DNA of 64,000 nt from a virus: positions 93,881-157,880 of the IMG/VR virus record IMGVR_UViG_3300033553_000338. One strand, 5' to 3'. A program made the position numbers and the translations under genes. Under the pieces are notes generated by a model. The model searched no databases. It worked only from the letters and a program-made list of their open reading frames with translations, and was not told the origin of the DNA. This document shows positions 1 to 8,848 of the stretch, in pieces (the first letter of the stretch is position 1; the number at the start of each line of letters is the position of its first letter).

Positions 1-225
1 CCTACCTATCCCACAACTAAAATCAGCTATTATGGTAGTTTACCCTTTAGTAGCGGATGTGCCGAATGTGACAATCTTTGCGAAATGCATTGAGATCCGG
101 TGGTTCTATAAAATCGAAAAACCACTGGGTAAATTAACCAAGAACACTTGCCTTAGGCCGAATTTGGGGTTCGGTAACTAAGCAAAGCACATTCGTAATC
201 CCGGGATGGTTTATCCCGGGTACAA

Positions 226-314
226 GGAGAGTTGGGTAAGAGGCTTAAGCCACCGGTTTGCTAAACCGGCGTACAGATTAAACTGTACCGGGGGTTCGAA
301 TCCCTCACTCTCCG
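226..314 (+). tRNA. tRNA-Ser(GCT)
   Basis: Acceptor GGAGAGT/ACTCTCC, discriminator G, anticodon arm CCGGT-TTGCTAA-ACCGG, long variable arm GTACAG..CTGTAC, T-loop GGTTCGAATCC. Confidence 0.92.
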
Positions 315-325
315 CTGAAATGTAT

Positions 326-453
326 AGGGATATGACGGAATTGGTAGACGCTAAAGATGGAGGTATGAAACAATCAAGCTGCATTGTGCATGATGTGTAG
401 AGCATGTTAGTAATATCTGTGAAGTCGTGCAGGTTCGAATCCTGCTATCTCTT
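326..453 (+). ncRNA. tRNA-Leu-like RNA with ~55 nt insertion in place of the anticodon loop
   Basis: Acceptor AGGGATA/TATCTCT, Leu-type D arm GACGGAATTGGTAGACG, T arm GCAGG-TTCGAAT-CCTGC; total 128 nt. Confidence 0.6.
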
Positions 454-465
454 AAAATTAAACAT

Positions 466-639
466 GTATGTCTGTCCCAGTTGGGGGAGCATCTGGAGCA
501 CAAGGAAAGGGAGTCATGCCCCGGAACTTGTGTTCATGTACAATACCTGGAGTTTTTGTAAAAGTGTACATATTACACAAACTCCAATCATTGTCTTATG
601 GAAACAAAAGGATGTAGGGTTCGAATCCCTGGATATACT
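466..639 (+). ncRNA. elongated tRNA-like RNA with two internal hairpins
   Basis: Acceptor GTATGTC/GATATAC, D-like arm TCCC-AGTTGG-GGGA, T arm TAGGG-TTCGAAT-CCCTG; inner stems GAGCACAAG/CTTGTGTTC and TGGAGTTT/AAACTCCA. Confidence 0.55.
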
Positions 640-740
640 CTGATACAAAAGACGGAAACAGGCATCGGTCCGGATTTGAATGGAGATACCATAGGCTTTC
701 AGCGTAGGCTGATGATGCGGAAAACTAAGTCTTTTTATCT

Positions 741-807
741 GGACCTCTATCACTTTAGAATGGTTGCCCTTGGCTCAAGGGTTCAGGTTCGATTCCTGAG
801 AGGTCCG
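741..807 (+). tRNA. short/degenerate tRNA-like element (poor D arm, no variable loop)
   Basis: Acceptor GGACCTC/GAGGTCC, arm GCCCT-TGGCTCA-AGGGT, T arm TCAGG-TTCGATT-CCTGA. Confidence 0.45.
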
Positions 808-844
808 CTTAGTTGGTTGGTTAGTTTTTTAGTGTTGGTTTTTT

Positions 845-916
845 AGGTCTTTAGCTCAGTTGGAAGAGCGTTAGGTTCACCCCTAAAGGTCCCGGGTTCG
901 AGTCCCGGAAGGCCCC
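845..916 (+). tRNA. tRNA-like gene with non-canonical 6-nt anticodon loop (identity undetermined)
   Basis: TAGCTCAGTTGGAAGAGC D arm, TTAGG-TTCACC-CCTAA arm, CCGGG-TTCGAGT-CCCGG T arm, acceptor (A)GGTCTT/AAGGCC(C). Confidence 0.65.
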
Positions 917-930
917 CAAATTTAGTAACA

Positions 931-1146
931 ATGTTCACAGATAAAGTAAAGACAATGACACTCTTATCAGTAATTGCAGTAATAGTTCTATACTTAACCG
1001 TCTTCTACAGTTTCATACTGCCTAAGATGATCTACAGTGAGTCTAATTTTATTGCATCAATGGGGAGTTTCCTATTCTTTACCAGTCTGATAGCACTCTT
1101 GATTTTAATTAACATTTTTAAATATTTTCTTTTTATTAATCCTTAA
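931..1146 (+). CDS. small membrane protein (2 TM)
   Basis: 71 aa ORF with two hydrophobic stretches. Confidence 0.6.
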   Translation: MFTDKVKTMTLLSVIAVIVLYLTVFYSFILPKMIYSESNFIASMGSFLFFTSLIALLILINIFKYFLFINP

Positions 1147-1158
1147 ATTTTATCAAAA

Positions 1159-1563
1159 ATGAAGAAGTACATTGTTGTTTTATTGCTAGTACTTAGCGCG
1201 TGTTTGATCCCGCAGATTGACTGGGATCCTGGAGAAGGCTTGGATAAGCCTATTGTAGAAAATTGTATTGATTGCCCTGCCAGCATGGTTCAGGGGGTTA
1301 CCGCGTATCAGATGATCCACCAGGACATCAATCAGGTAGTGTATGCTCCTTTGGAGTATCAACCTTTGTCAGTGGAATCCACCGGTTTAAATCCAAAGCA
1401 AGCGACTCTACCAGAGAGTTTTCAGCGATTTCGACCCCAGAATAGTCTACAGGCGAAGTACCATCTATACAATACCATAAGCAAATTGAATCCCGAGTAC
1501 ATGGACCAGCATATTGATGCAACGGTCTTACGACACATTACAACTCAGGAATACCAGGTTTAG
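1159..1563 (+). CDS. hypothetical lipoprotein/secreted protein
   Basis: MKKY + hydrophobic core + LSAC lipobox-like; followed by terminator. Confidence 0.65.
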   Translation: MKKYIVVLLLVLSACLIPQIDWDPGEGLDKPIVENCIDCPASMVQGVTAYQMIHQDINQVVYAPLEYQPLSVESTGLNPKQATLPESFQRFRPQNSLQAKYHLYNTISKLNPEYMDQHIDATVLRHITTQEYQV

Positions 1564-1590
1564 CCTACAAAAGAAAGTACAATAAATAAT

Positions 1591-1624
1591 AAAAATCAGG
1601 TAGGGTTTTCTCTACCTGATTTTC
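1591..1624 (+). terminator. intrinsic terminator
   Basis: AAAAATCAGGTAG-ggttttct-CTACCTGATTTT hairpin. Confidence 0.7.
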
Positions 1625-1628
1625 ACAA

Positions 1629-1791
1629 GGGGATTAAGCTGTTGGACCAGCCCGGGGAGAATGTACCTGGAGAGTGTTTGTGGAGCGTGAAGCATATCCG
1701 AGGATTTAAGATAGCCTAAGGTAACACATAACGGTGTGTGAAATACAGAATCCTAAAAGTAGCCACTGAGGTTCGAGTCCTCAAATCCCCA
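1629..1791 (+). ncRNA. elongated tRNA-like RNA (~163 nt) with very large variable region
   Basis: Perfect acceptor GGGGATT/AATCCCC + A, D arm GCTG-TTGGAC-CAGC, arm CCGGG/CCTGG, T arm TGAGG-TTCGAGT-CCTCA. Confidence 0.6.
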
Positions 1792-1833
1792 CAATAATTC
1801 AGTATTTAAAATCAATCTATTAAATAAATACTC

Positions 1834-2589
1834 ATGGAAAATCAAATTACTTTAGAATTCCCAGAAAGCACTCACTTCTTAGGCAGGAATGGAATCTCAA
1901 AATGTTCCGGCCTATGCCTACAAAAGGCAGAGGCTGGAAAGTACCTGGCTATTTTTCCGATTAATTTAAAAAATCTCACGGGAAGCTCTCGTGTGGATAT
2001 CCCTGAATCAAGTATCTCTGAATTGAAAGTTGCCTTACACAGGCTGTATCCTGAAATTTCAAATAAACCAGTCCTACCCATTAAGATCTCCCCAGAAAAA
2101 CTTGAGGAGATGATCAAGCAAAATCAAGAAGAGCTTCAGAATGAGGGCATTGAGACCCCTGAGTATGACCACAGTTATTTTTGTGAAACTTGCGAAAGTA
2201 CCTCTGGGGCATGTCATCCTGTAACTGGGATGTGCTTTATTTGTGGTGCAGATGATTGGGCTCCAGTTACCAGTCCTCCTGAGGTATTGGAATTACATCC
2301 TAGTCCACCAGGGCAGGAAAAAGTTGAGGGGACAATTAAGTGTGCTATTGCTGATCTCGAAGGCATCATGCCAGTACATGACCCTGATGGAGACCGTACT
2401 CACCCAGGATGGGGGACTTTGGCTGACTTGAAGAGGGTCCTTGCCAATCTTACCGGGGACTTCAAGGAACTATTCCAGGAGCTTGAAGATGTCGAATGCG
2501 ATCATGATAAGATTGCTGAAGACTTCTATCACTTCAAACCTGGGACTCCCCGCGCAGAAATACACACCTGGATTTGCTCGCCACTTTAA
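1834..2589 (+). CDS. hypothetical protein with CxxC...CxxC Zn ribbon
   Basis: 251 aa ORF, CETC/CFIC. Confidence 0.7.
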   Translation: MENQITLEFPESTHFLGRNGISKCSGLCLQKAEAGKYLAIFPINLKNLTGSSRVDIPESSISELKVALHRLYPEISNKPVLPIKISPEKLEEMIKQNQEELQNEGIETPEYDHSYFCETCESTSGACHPVTGMCFICGADDWAPVTSPPEVLELHPSPPGQEKVEGTIKCAIADLEGIMPVHDPDGDRTHPGWGTLADLKRVLANLTGDFKELFQELEDVECDHDKIAEDFYHFKPGTPRAEIHTWICSPL

Positions 2590-2599
2590 ATCAATCAAA

Positions 2600-3028
2600 A
2601 TGGAAAAATACCTATTAATTACACTTTCTTGTCAAGAGGGGGAAAGAGCCTACACCCAGTATTGTCCCGTCATAACTATGGAAACTGACTTTAGAAAGGT
2701 AGCTGAGCAGCATGCCTCAACTTTCTGGGGAGAAAGTGGGGTAGAGGAAAACGGCTATTGGTGGTTCTTTGGTGAGACTACAGTTTGTGTTGTGGACGTA
2801 ATTGAAATCACCAAATCAGAGTATGAGATCTTCACAACGGTAAAATCCGGACGGTCCAAGCTAGGAAATGCATTGGATGTGTTAATTGAAGCCAGAAGCC
2901 TGTTTGAAGAATGGATGCCCGAGGATGAGACCTCCGCTGCAGAGTTCCAGGCAATCATAGAGAAGATCAATGTTTTAGAAACATCCCTTCCTAAGTATAC
3001 AGAAATAGACTTTGGTGAAGATGAGTAA
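2600..3028 (+). CDS. hypothetical protein
   Basis: ATG at 2600 after A-rich leader; overlaps next gene. Confidence 0.65.
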   Translation: MEKYLLITLSCQEGERAYTQYCPVITMETDFRKVAEQHASTFWGESGVEENGYWWFFGETTVCVVDVIEITKSEYEIFTTVKSGRSKLGNALDVLIEARSLFEEWMPEDETSAAEFQAIIEKINVLETSLPKYTEIDFGEDE

Positions 3029-3905
3029 ACTAACAGTACTCAGCTACGGAGCCGGTCAGGATAGTACTGCTATCCTGTACAAAATGATCTACGATAGGGA
3101 ATTTCGGAATAAGTATGTCCCGGAAGATCTGATTGTCGTGATGGCCGAGACCGGAAATGAGCATCCAGAAACTGAGGATCATGTTGAATTTACACGAGGT
3201 CTTTGTAAAACGAATAACATCCCTTTCTACCATCTGGGGTATAACTATACTCCGGACGGGTGGAAAGGAGGTTTGATAAAGTTCTATGAACGTACCTCAA
3301 CAGTAGGATCCAAAGCCTTTCCCAAAACATGCACGGATAAGCTCAAAATACAGGCCATCTACAGCTTCCTTGAGCAGTATGTCCATAAGACCTATAAAAC
3401 GGTTGCATTTGGACGGAAACGTGCCCTGAAGGAGTTTGCTAACAAGTATGGGAAGATCGATGTATTGATTGGAATCGCAGCAGGGGAGGAGAAGCGGATA
3501 GCAGTTGATGGTAGCAGCCCAAATAAGTGGATGAATCTTGCTATTCGCAGGATCTACCCATTGGTTGACCTGGGTATGGACCGGGGGGCTTGTCAGAAAT
3601 ACATGTCTATGATAGGCATGCCAATTCCAATCCCATCAAACTGTATCCTCTGCCCATTTATGAGCAAACAGGAACTGTTGTACCTATCGTTAGCTTACCC
3701 GGAATGGTATCTGAAATGGGTAGACCTGGAGCAAACAAAGATCGATGCCAATAAACACATGGGAGCTAAGAATCTGGGAGTATGGGGTAAGAAATTACTA
3801 CCTGAGATCCTGAAAGAAGCCCAGGAAAAGTTTGCTGATATGAGCTTTGAGGATCTGAAAGAGTATAAGATGTCCCATGGACATTGTGTTATGTCAAAGT
3901 ATTAA
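3021..3905 (+). CDS. PAPS reductase-like (adenine nucleotide alpha hydrolase) protein
   Basis: N-terminal PP-loop SYGAGQDS, ETGNEHPET, KTCT..LK, YPL, SNCILCPF. Confidence 0.8.
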   Translation: MSKLTVLSYGAGQDSTAILYKMIYDREFRNKYVPEDLIVVMAETGNEHPETEDHVEFTRGLCKTNNIPFYHLGYNYTPDGWKGGLIKFYERTSTVGSKAFPKTCTDKLKIQAIYSFLEQYVHKTYKTVAFGRKRALKEFANKYGKIDVLIGIAAGEEKRIAVDGSSPNKWMNLAIRRIYPLVDLGMDRGACQKYMSMIGMPIPIPSNCILCPFMSKQELLYLSLAYPEWYLKWVDLEQTKIDANKHMGAKNLGVWGKKLLPEILKEAQEKFADMSFEDLKEYKMSHGHCVMSKY

Positions 3906-3918
3906 CAATTAGAATATT

Positions 3919-4428
3919 ATGAACGAATTTACACTTGAAGAGCTGTATGCTGCCATTGCACAATTTATGGGGTATTACCAGCCAGAGGAATTTTCTGAAA
4001 ATAGACTATTCTCATTCCAGGTTTACTTCTCAAAAGCGGAATGTCAGGAAGATTTCCCGGATGAGGTTATAAAGACCTATTACGGGAATGATATCGAGGA
4101 ATTTACCTTTATGGACTCTCCCTGGGACAAGAAGTCATTAGATGATCTGCTCCCTTGCCTTACTAAATTGATGCAAGAGACAGCTAATGCTTCCGGGATT
4201 GGTGCGTCACATGATTTTTCAATTGGGGCCAGTTCAATGTACCCACCCGGAGTTATTATATCCCGGGCAAGTGCCCGTAATGGTGCCCCAATTGCATTCT
4301 CTGTGAAGCCTGTAGACGGGGAAAATGCCTTCTACAATTCAGTTTTTGAATTATGTGCCGGTTTTGCCTTATCCAAGGTAAGTCCCGATAGTTTTAAACC
4401 TTATTTAATAATCAAAAAAGATGACTGA
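3919..4428 (+). CDS. hypothetical protein (IAQFMG paralog family)
   Basis: 169 aa ORF. Confidence 0.65.
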   Translation: MNEFTLEELYAAIAQFMGYYQPEEFSENRLFSFQVYFSKAECQEDFPDEVIKTYYGNDIEEFTFMDSPWDKKSLDDLLPCLTKLMQETANASGIGASHDFSIGASSMYPPGVIISRASARNGAPIAFSVKPVDGENAFYNSVFELCAGFALSKVSPDSFKPYLIIKKDD

Positions 4429-4738
4429 GAAAAAATACAGAAACGAAAAAGGTAAGGAAAGCTACATAGGATCCTACCAGTTTGATGACTTTCTGGTTTC
4501 CAATACTAAGGAGCATGGTCACTGGGCTTTTAGAAAAGCTTTAGAGAGTCCCGGAGAGAAAGTCTTCATTGAATTTGAGGATACTCCGCGCAACAGTGGT
4601 AATTGGTATGCCGGATACATCAAATTTGACCCTGACACAAAGATTATGACTATGTGGGGAAATGTGCCGATAAAGTGCCCATCATCTTGCCAACATCATC
4701 GTGGATCAATCTGTCCGGTGTGTGGCCTAAACGGATAA
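4421..4738 (+). CDS. hypothetical protein with C-terminal Cys cluster
   Basis: 105 aa ORF, overlaps upstream stop. Confidence 0.6.
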   Translation: MTEKKYRNEKGKESYIGSYQFDDFLVSNTKEHGHWAFRKALESPGEKVFIEFEDTPRNSGNWYAGYIKFDPDTKIMTMWGNVPIKCPSSCQHHRGSICPVCGLNG

Positions 4739-4741
4739 ACT

Positions 4742-4942
4742 ATGAAATTACGAGATTACATTAAATCGCTGGAAAATTTTGCAAGTAAGCACCCCGGATC
4801 CCTGGATCTCCAAGTAGTAACCAGCTCGGATGATGAGGGAAACAACTTCAACCCTGTAATTTGTGGTCCCAGTAATGGGCTGTTGGAAGGGAATGACTTT
4901 AGCACGAATACTACCAGGTTCAACGCAGTTTGCGTGAACTAA
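4742..4942 (+). CDS. hypothetical phage protein
   Basis: 66 aa, SSDDEGNNF motif common in small phage proteins. Confidence 0.65.
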   Translation: MKLRDYIKSLENFASKHPGSLDLQVVTSSDDEGNNFNPVICGPSNGLLEGNDFSTNTTRFNAVCVN

Positions 4943-4955
4943 ACCTACTGAAACC

Positions 4956-5250
4956 AACACCGGCCACAGGTCGAGTATAGAAGACGCATTAACTATACGC
5001 ACTGTTAATTTTAAACTAAAATATTATGAAAATCAAATTGATTTATGTGACGACAAAACAAGTTTCTGATTTCATTAATAGGGAAACTGAACGATTGAAA
5101 ATTAACAAAGGCGAATTATTAAAAGAGGTTAAATATGTATTGTTGGACTTAAAGCAGTACCCTAACGATAATCGTAATCAGATAAAATACTACACAAGAA
5201 TTTACAAAGCACTTAATCGTGCATAACACCGGCCACAGGCCGAGTATAGA
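4956..5250 (+). repeat. 26-bp direct repeat (4956-4981, 5225-5250) flanking one AT-rich ORF; attC-like architecture
   Basis: AACACCGGCCACAGGYCGAGTATAGA twice; first copy continues ..CTATAC-gcact-GTT. Confidence 0.8.
5026..5226 (+). CDS. hypothetical protein (cassette-like insert)
   Basis: 66 aa, AT-rich, stop codon lies in TAAC of the second repeat. Confidence 0.65.
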   Translation: MKIKLIYVTTKQVSDFINRETERLKINKGELLKEVKYVLLDLKQYPNDNRNQIKYYTRIYKALNRA

Positions 5251-5279
5251 GATATTGTTACACATTTAATTATATACCT

Positions 5280-7544
5280 ATGATTTTAAAAGACACCATC
5301 CTCCGTGAAGTATCGGGGGATATCACCAACACAGTTACAGAGAGTAAAATCAACGCCTCTAAATTCTCAAAGTTATTTGGGATCCTGTCAGGTATGTATG
5401 CAGACATCAAGGGGGCAATCATTCAGGAGTATGTTTCAAATGCCTGGGATGCCCATAAAGCTAAGGGCAACATGGAAGATCCTATTCTGATCACTTTTGA
5501 TCTGGAGGATGACATGACTGAAACGTACTCCCTCACCATTACAGACATGGGAATTGGCATGTCAGATGAGACCATGAACAAGGTGTACTTCAACTACCTG
5601 GAAACTACCAAGGAGGATTCAAATGAGTTCATTGGAGCTTTTGGATTGGGCTGCAAGTGTGCCTTGGCCTATACGGAATCTTTCGAGATTACCACGACTC
5701 AGGATGGGGTGAAGAACCATTACATTTTTTTCAAGAATGGGTTTGGTATCCCTTCGCATACCCGGGTTTACTCGGAGATCACCGATGAAGGTTCCGGAAC
5801 ATCCATTAAAATCCCTGTAAAGGGCGCTGATTACATGAGTTTTAAGAGTTTGCTGGAGACTAAGCTGTACTTCTTCCCGAATGTGGTTCTTGAGTCCAAT
5901 TTCTATACGCCCAGTGTAAAATTACCTGTATTTATGGGAAAGAACTTCATGTTCTCGCCAGACTACGTTAAAAGGCCCTATCAGTATAAGAATCACTCTT
6001 CTCCGGGTTGCGTAGTTGTAGGAAATGTAGCTTATCCACGTTTCCCAGGTGACAACATCCACATGGAGATTGCGGTCAAGCTTGCTATTGGGGATGTGAC
6101 GCTGACTCCTTCACGGGAAAGCATTGAGGATTCCACGGAAAACCGGGAAATCATCAATACCCGGATTAAGGAGGCCTATGCAGAAATACTGGGACTTAAA
6201 AATGCTACGATCCAGGATGCTTCTACATTTACGGAGTTGGTAGAAATGTACAGAACGATAAGTTTTAGTCAACTTGAATTTAAAGATGTTGTAGGTAATG
6301 TAACGTATCTTTTATCAATGCGGGATGTAAGTAATGGGGTTAAAAGGCCCACCCTTATTGGGGGAGATTCGCGTATTAAGTTTGAGGAACTTGCAGGACG
6401 GTATCGGGAATTGCTAAGGCCTGTACCTCGGGTAATTAACAGTGAAACCCTCCGGGTTAAGAATGCTGACTCCTGTTTAGGCATAAATTCTTGTTTAAGT
6501 AACGTTGAACGAACTTACCTGGTAGATTCTGAAGACTGTGTTGAGGAGATTCCTTTAATCAAGCGAAAATACTTATGTAGAAATGCCTATAATGACATTA
6601 TGTTTATTACACCGTGTCATTACGATTATTTTCTGAAAGGGGAAGTTGGGGGGATAATGAGCATTGCCCAGAAAGCCAGAGTGTTCAAGCCCTACATAGA
6701 CTACATAAAGGCAGCGTATGAAGTCAAGCACCTTGATGAGGTGATGGTACCTGAAAAATTTGAGAAGGCTGTCATTGAGGAGGAGATCGAGGACAAGGAA
6801 GCACGGGCTGCAAAGTCCCGAGAACTGAGGAAGGCACGAAAATTCGTGGCCTATAAAGTAGTTAATTGGAATGGCTCTCGGAATAACTACACTACCTTGA
6901 GATTATCTGCGGATGAACTGGTAAGAGAAAATAGGGGAAGAAGGGTTATCTACATCTGTGAAGATGAAAAGTCACAGGGGTTATTGGATGCGTATCAGAT
7001 AAGCTATTCTATTCCAAGCAGCTGGCGTAATAAATACGACTTTATCTTTCTTGCAGCTCCCTCCAAACTCTTCCAAAAGGATATCGAAGGACTGGATCAC
7101 GTAATGTCTATTCAGGAGTTCTATAACTCCAGATTCGTTCCTCTGAAAGGGTGGGCCAAAAATTATTACTACAGTCAGATTGAGTTTCATAGTGTATCCT
7201 ACAACTTTAGGAACATCATTGGCACTCAGTATGATGCATTTGATGCATTGAAGCCAAAGGAGCCAAATTTAAGGCACCCTGATAGTAACTACATCATTAA
7301 TGCTATGATTAGGGCTGAGTATAAGATGGAGGATTTCTATGATCTGAAAGCGTATGACGAAGCTTTCGCTCAAATATCCAAGGTGATTGACAACCTTTGG
7401 AGTGTAGCTTCAGTGTTAGGGGTAGGATCTTTTAACTATCAGAGCTCAAAGGGGATTTACTTAATTGCAAAGCTCCTTATCCGTTTAGGAATTCGAATTG
7501 ACAATAAACTATACACATTTTACAACGAAGAAAGGTTTAAATAA
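5280..7544 (+). CDS. rIIA: rIIA-like protein (N-terminal GHKL/HATPase domain)
   Basis: EYVSNAWDAH, DMGIGM, TTK, GAFGLGCK, GSGT motifs; paired with rIIB-like gene. Confidence 0.85.
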   Translation: MILKDTILREVSGDITNTVTESKINASKFSKLFGILSGMYADIKGAIIQEYVSNAWDAHKAKGNMEDPILITFDLEDDMTETYSLTITDMGIGMSDETMNKVYFNYLETTKEDSNEFIGAFGLGCKCALAYTESFEITTTQDGVKNHYIFFKNGFGIPSHTRVYSEITDEGSGTSIKIPVKGADYMSFKSLLETKLYFFPNVVLESNFYTPSVKLPVFMGKNFMFSPDYVKRPYQYKNHSSPGCVVVGNVAYPRFPGDNIHMEIAVKLAIGDVTLTPSRESIEDSTENREIINTRIKEAYAEILGLKNATIQDASTFTELVEMYRTISFSQLEFKDVVGNVTYLLSMRDVSNGVKRPTLIGGDSRIKFEELAGRYRELLRPVPRVINSETLRVKNADSCLGINSCLSNVERTYLVDSEDCVEEIPLIKRKYLCRNAYNDIMFITPCHYDYFLKGEVGGIMSIAQKARVFKPYIDYIKAAYEVKHLDEVMVPEKFEKAVIEEEIEDKEARAAKSRELRKARKFVAYKVVNWNGSRNNYTTLRLSADELVRENRGRRVIYICEDEKSQGLLDAYQISYSIPSSWRNKYDFIFLAAPSKLFQKDIEGLDHVMSIQEFYNSRFVPLKGWAKNYYYSQIEFHSVSYNFRNIIGTQYDAFDALKPKEPNLRHPDSNYIINAMIRAEYKMEDFYDLKAYDEAFAQISKVIDNLWSVASVLGVGSFNYQSSKGIYLIAKLLIRLGIRIDNKLYTFYNEERFK

Positions 7545-8779
7545 TGAAAGTATCATTAGTACGTATTGGAAGTAACGCCATTGTCTCTTTGGACAAAAAG
7601 AGTGTTACCTTACCGATTTCCAGTGAACTATTTTATAAGGTTCTGGAGGATAAGGTAAGAGAGTATCAACGTGATCTGGATAAGATCCTAAACGTTGGCA
7701 GTATTTCAAGATTCCTGGACAAGGTATTCCCGGATCGGGTTTCAGAACGGGTTGCGAAAGCATCTTCCCTGATGGTCAATTACCTGGTGGAGCCGGATGT
7801 AATCCTGAAAGCTGCCAATGCACAGATCCTGAAAAATTACTCAAGTGATTTCATAGTGGACTCTTCGGATAATGTGTATTACAAAAATCTTCAAGAGCCA
7901 TTCCCAAAGATTTTGGTGGATACATTGGTCGGTGTGGCTTCAGGAGATGACACTGCTTACACCATTGAGTCTCTGGTGATGTTCTGGCAAGTTCTGTCCC
8001 TGAACCCCGATAAACATATCCGGAATGGACTGTTTACCTGGCTTCTGGATAATGGATTTAGTATTACCCACGAAGGGAACATCATCTCTTACAGGGATGT
8101 AGATGAGAAATCTGCTGATGAAAATCCATTACATCAATTTCTGTTTGAGTACTTCTTAAATGCAAAGCGATGGAAAAAAAATCCAAAAAAATGCCTGATC
8201 TACAAAAAACCCGATGAAAGTTATTACTTTCGCGACATCTCCAAGCCCTCAAACAGGTATAAAAGTTTTGAGCTGTTAGGCACACTGGAGGAATTGTATG
8301 AAAAAGCCATTAAGGAATCCAAAACAATTTACACAGATCAGCGAACTGGATCCATGGATATTCTGATTGGTTCACCAGTGAAGATGAAACGTTCTAATTG
8401 TGACAACAACCAGGATAATTCGTGTTCTGCCGGCTTACACCAGAAGAGCCATAAGTACACTTACAGCTTTGGGGAAATCACGCTGACTTGTTTGGTAAGT
8501 CCTTTTCATGTTGTCGCTATCCCTATTGGGGAGCCTCAGAAGTTTAGATGTTGCCAGTACCTCCCAGTGGGCCTGACCAAAAAGATAAATGGTTCAGTTG
8601 TTCCATTCAAGTCAGGTACCTTTGAGATCAGCTACAATGGGATTGAGGATATCCAAGAGGAGCTGGAGCATGCAAAAGCTTTAGGAGTAATCTCAGAAGA
8701 GCATACCAAAGAGTCTGCCATTTCTGTACTGAATCAATACCGGGAGTACATCAAACGTTCTTCTATCGAAGTTCAGTAA
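7544..8779 (+). CDS. rIIB: rIIB-like protein
   Basis: FW..LSLNP, ITHEGNIISYR, YTDQRTG, CDNNQDNSCSAGLH, LVSP..VVAIP, KFRCCQY. Confidence 0.85.
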   Translation: MKVSLVRIGSNAIVSLDKKSVTLPISSELFYKVLEDKVREYQRDLDKILNVGSISRFLDKVFPDRVSERVAKASSLMVNYLVEPDVILKAANAQILKNYSSDFIVDSSDNVYYKNLQEPFPKILVDTLVGVASGDDTAYTIESLVMFWQVLSLNPDKHIRNGLFTWLLDNGFSITHEGNIISYRDVDEKSADENPLHQFLFEYFLNAKRWKKNPKKCLIYKKPDESYYFRDISKPSNRYKSFELLGTLEELYEKAIKESKTIYTDQRTGSMDILIGSPVKMKRSNCDNNQDNSCSAGLHQKSHKYTYSFGEITLTCLVSPFHVVAIPIGEPQKFRCCQYLPVGLTKKINGSVVPFKSGTFEISYNGIEDIQEELEHAKALGVISEEHTKESAISVLNQYREYIKRSSIEVQ

Positions 8780-8800
8780 TTCGTATAATAAAACTGTATC
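8780..8800 (+). promoter_or_regulatory. recurrent intergenic motif TTCGTATAW-N6-TTAATC (variant)
   Basis: TTCGTATAA taaaac TGTATC immediately after the rIIB stop; one of 8 copies. Confidence 0.55.
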
Positions 8801-8848
8801 AGCTAATCTTAACATGGATTGGCTGGTACTTTAAACACTAAAATACCG

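Noticed and set aside
206-846. ORFs 206-400, 211-405, 404-643, 514-753, 598-846
   Set aside because: They overlap tRNA and tRNA-like genes and show no protein-like features; treated as spurious.
845-916. Opal (TCA) suppressor tRNA implying stop-codon recoding
   Set aside because: The loop is 6 nt with TCA off-centre, and long genes (PolA, RNR, rIIA) are intact in the standard code with TAA, TAG and TGA all used as stops.
1629-1791. tmRNA
   Set aside because: No G3-U70 pair, only ~163 nt, no tag reading frame evident.
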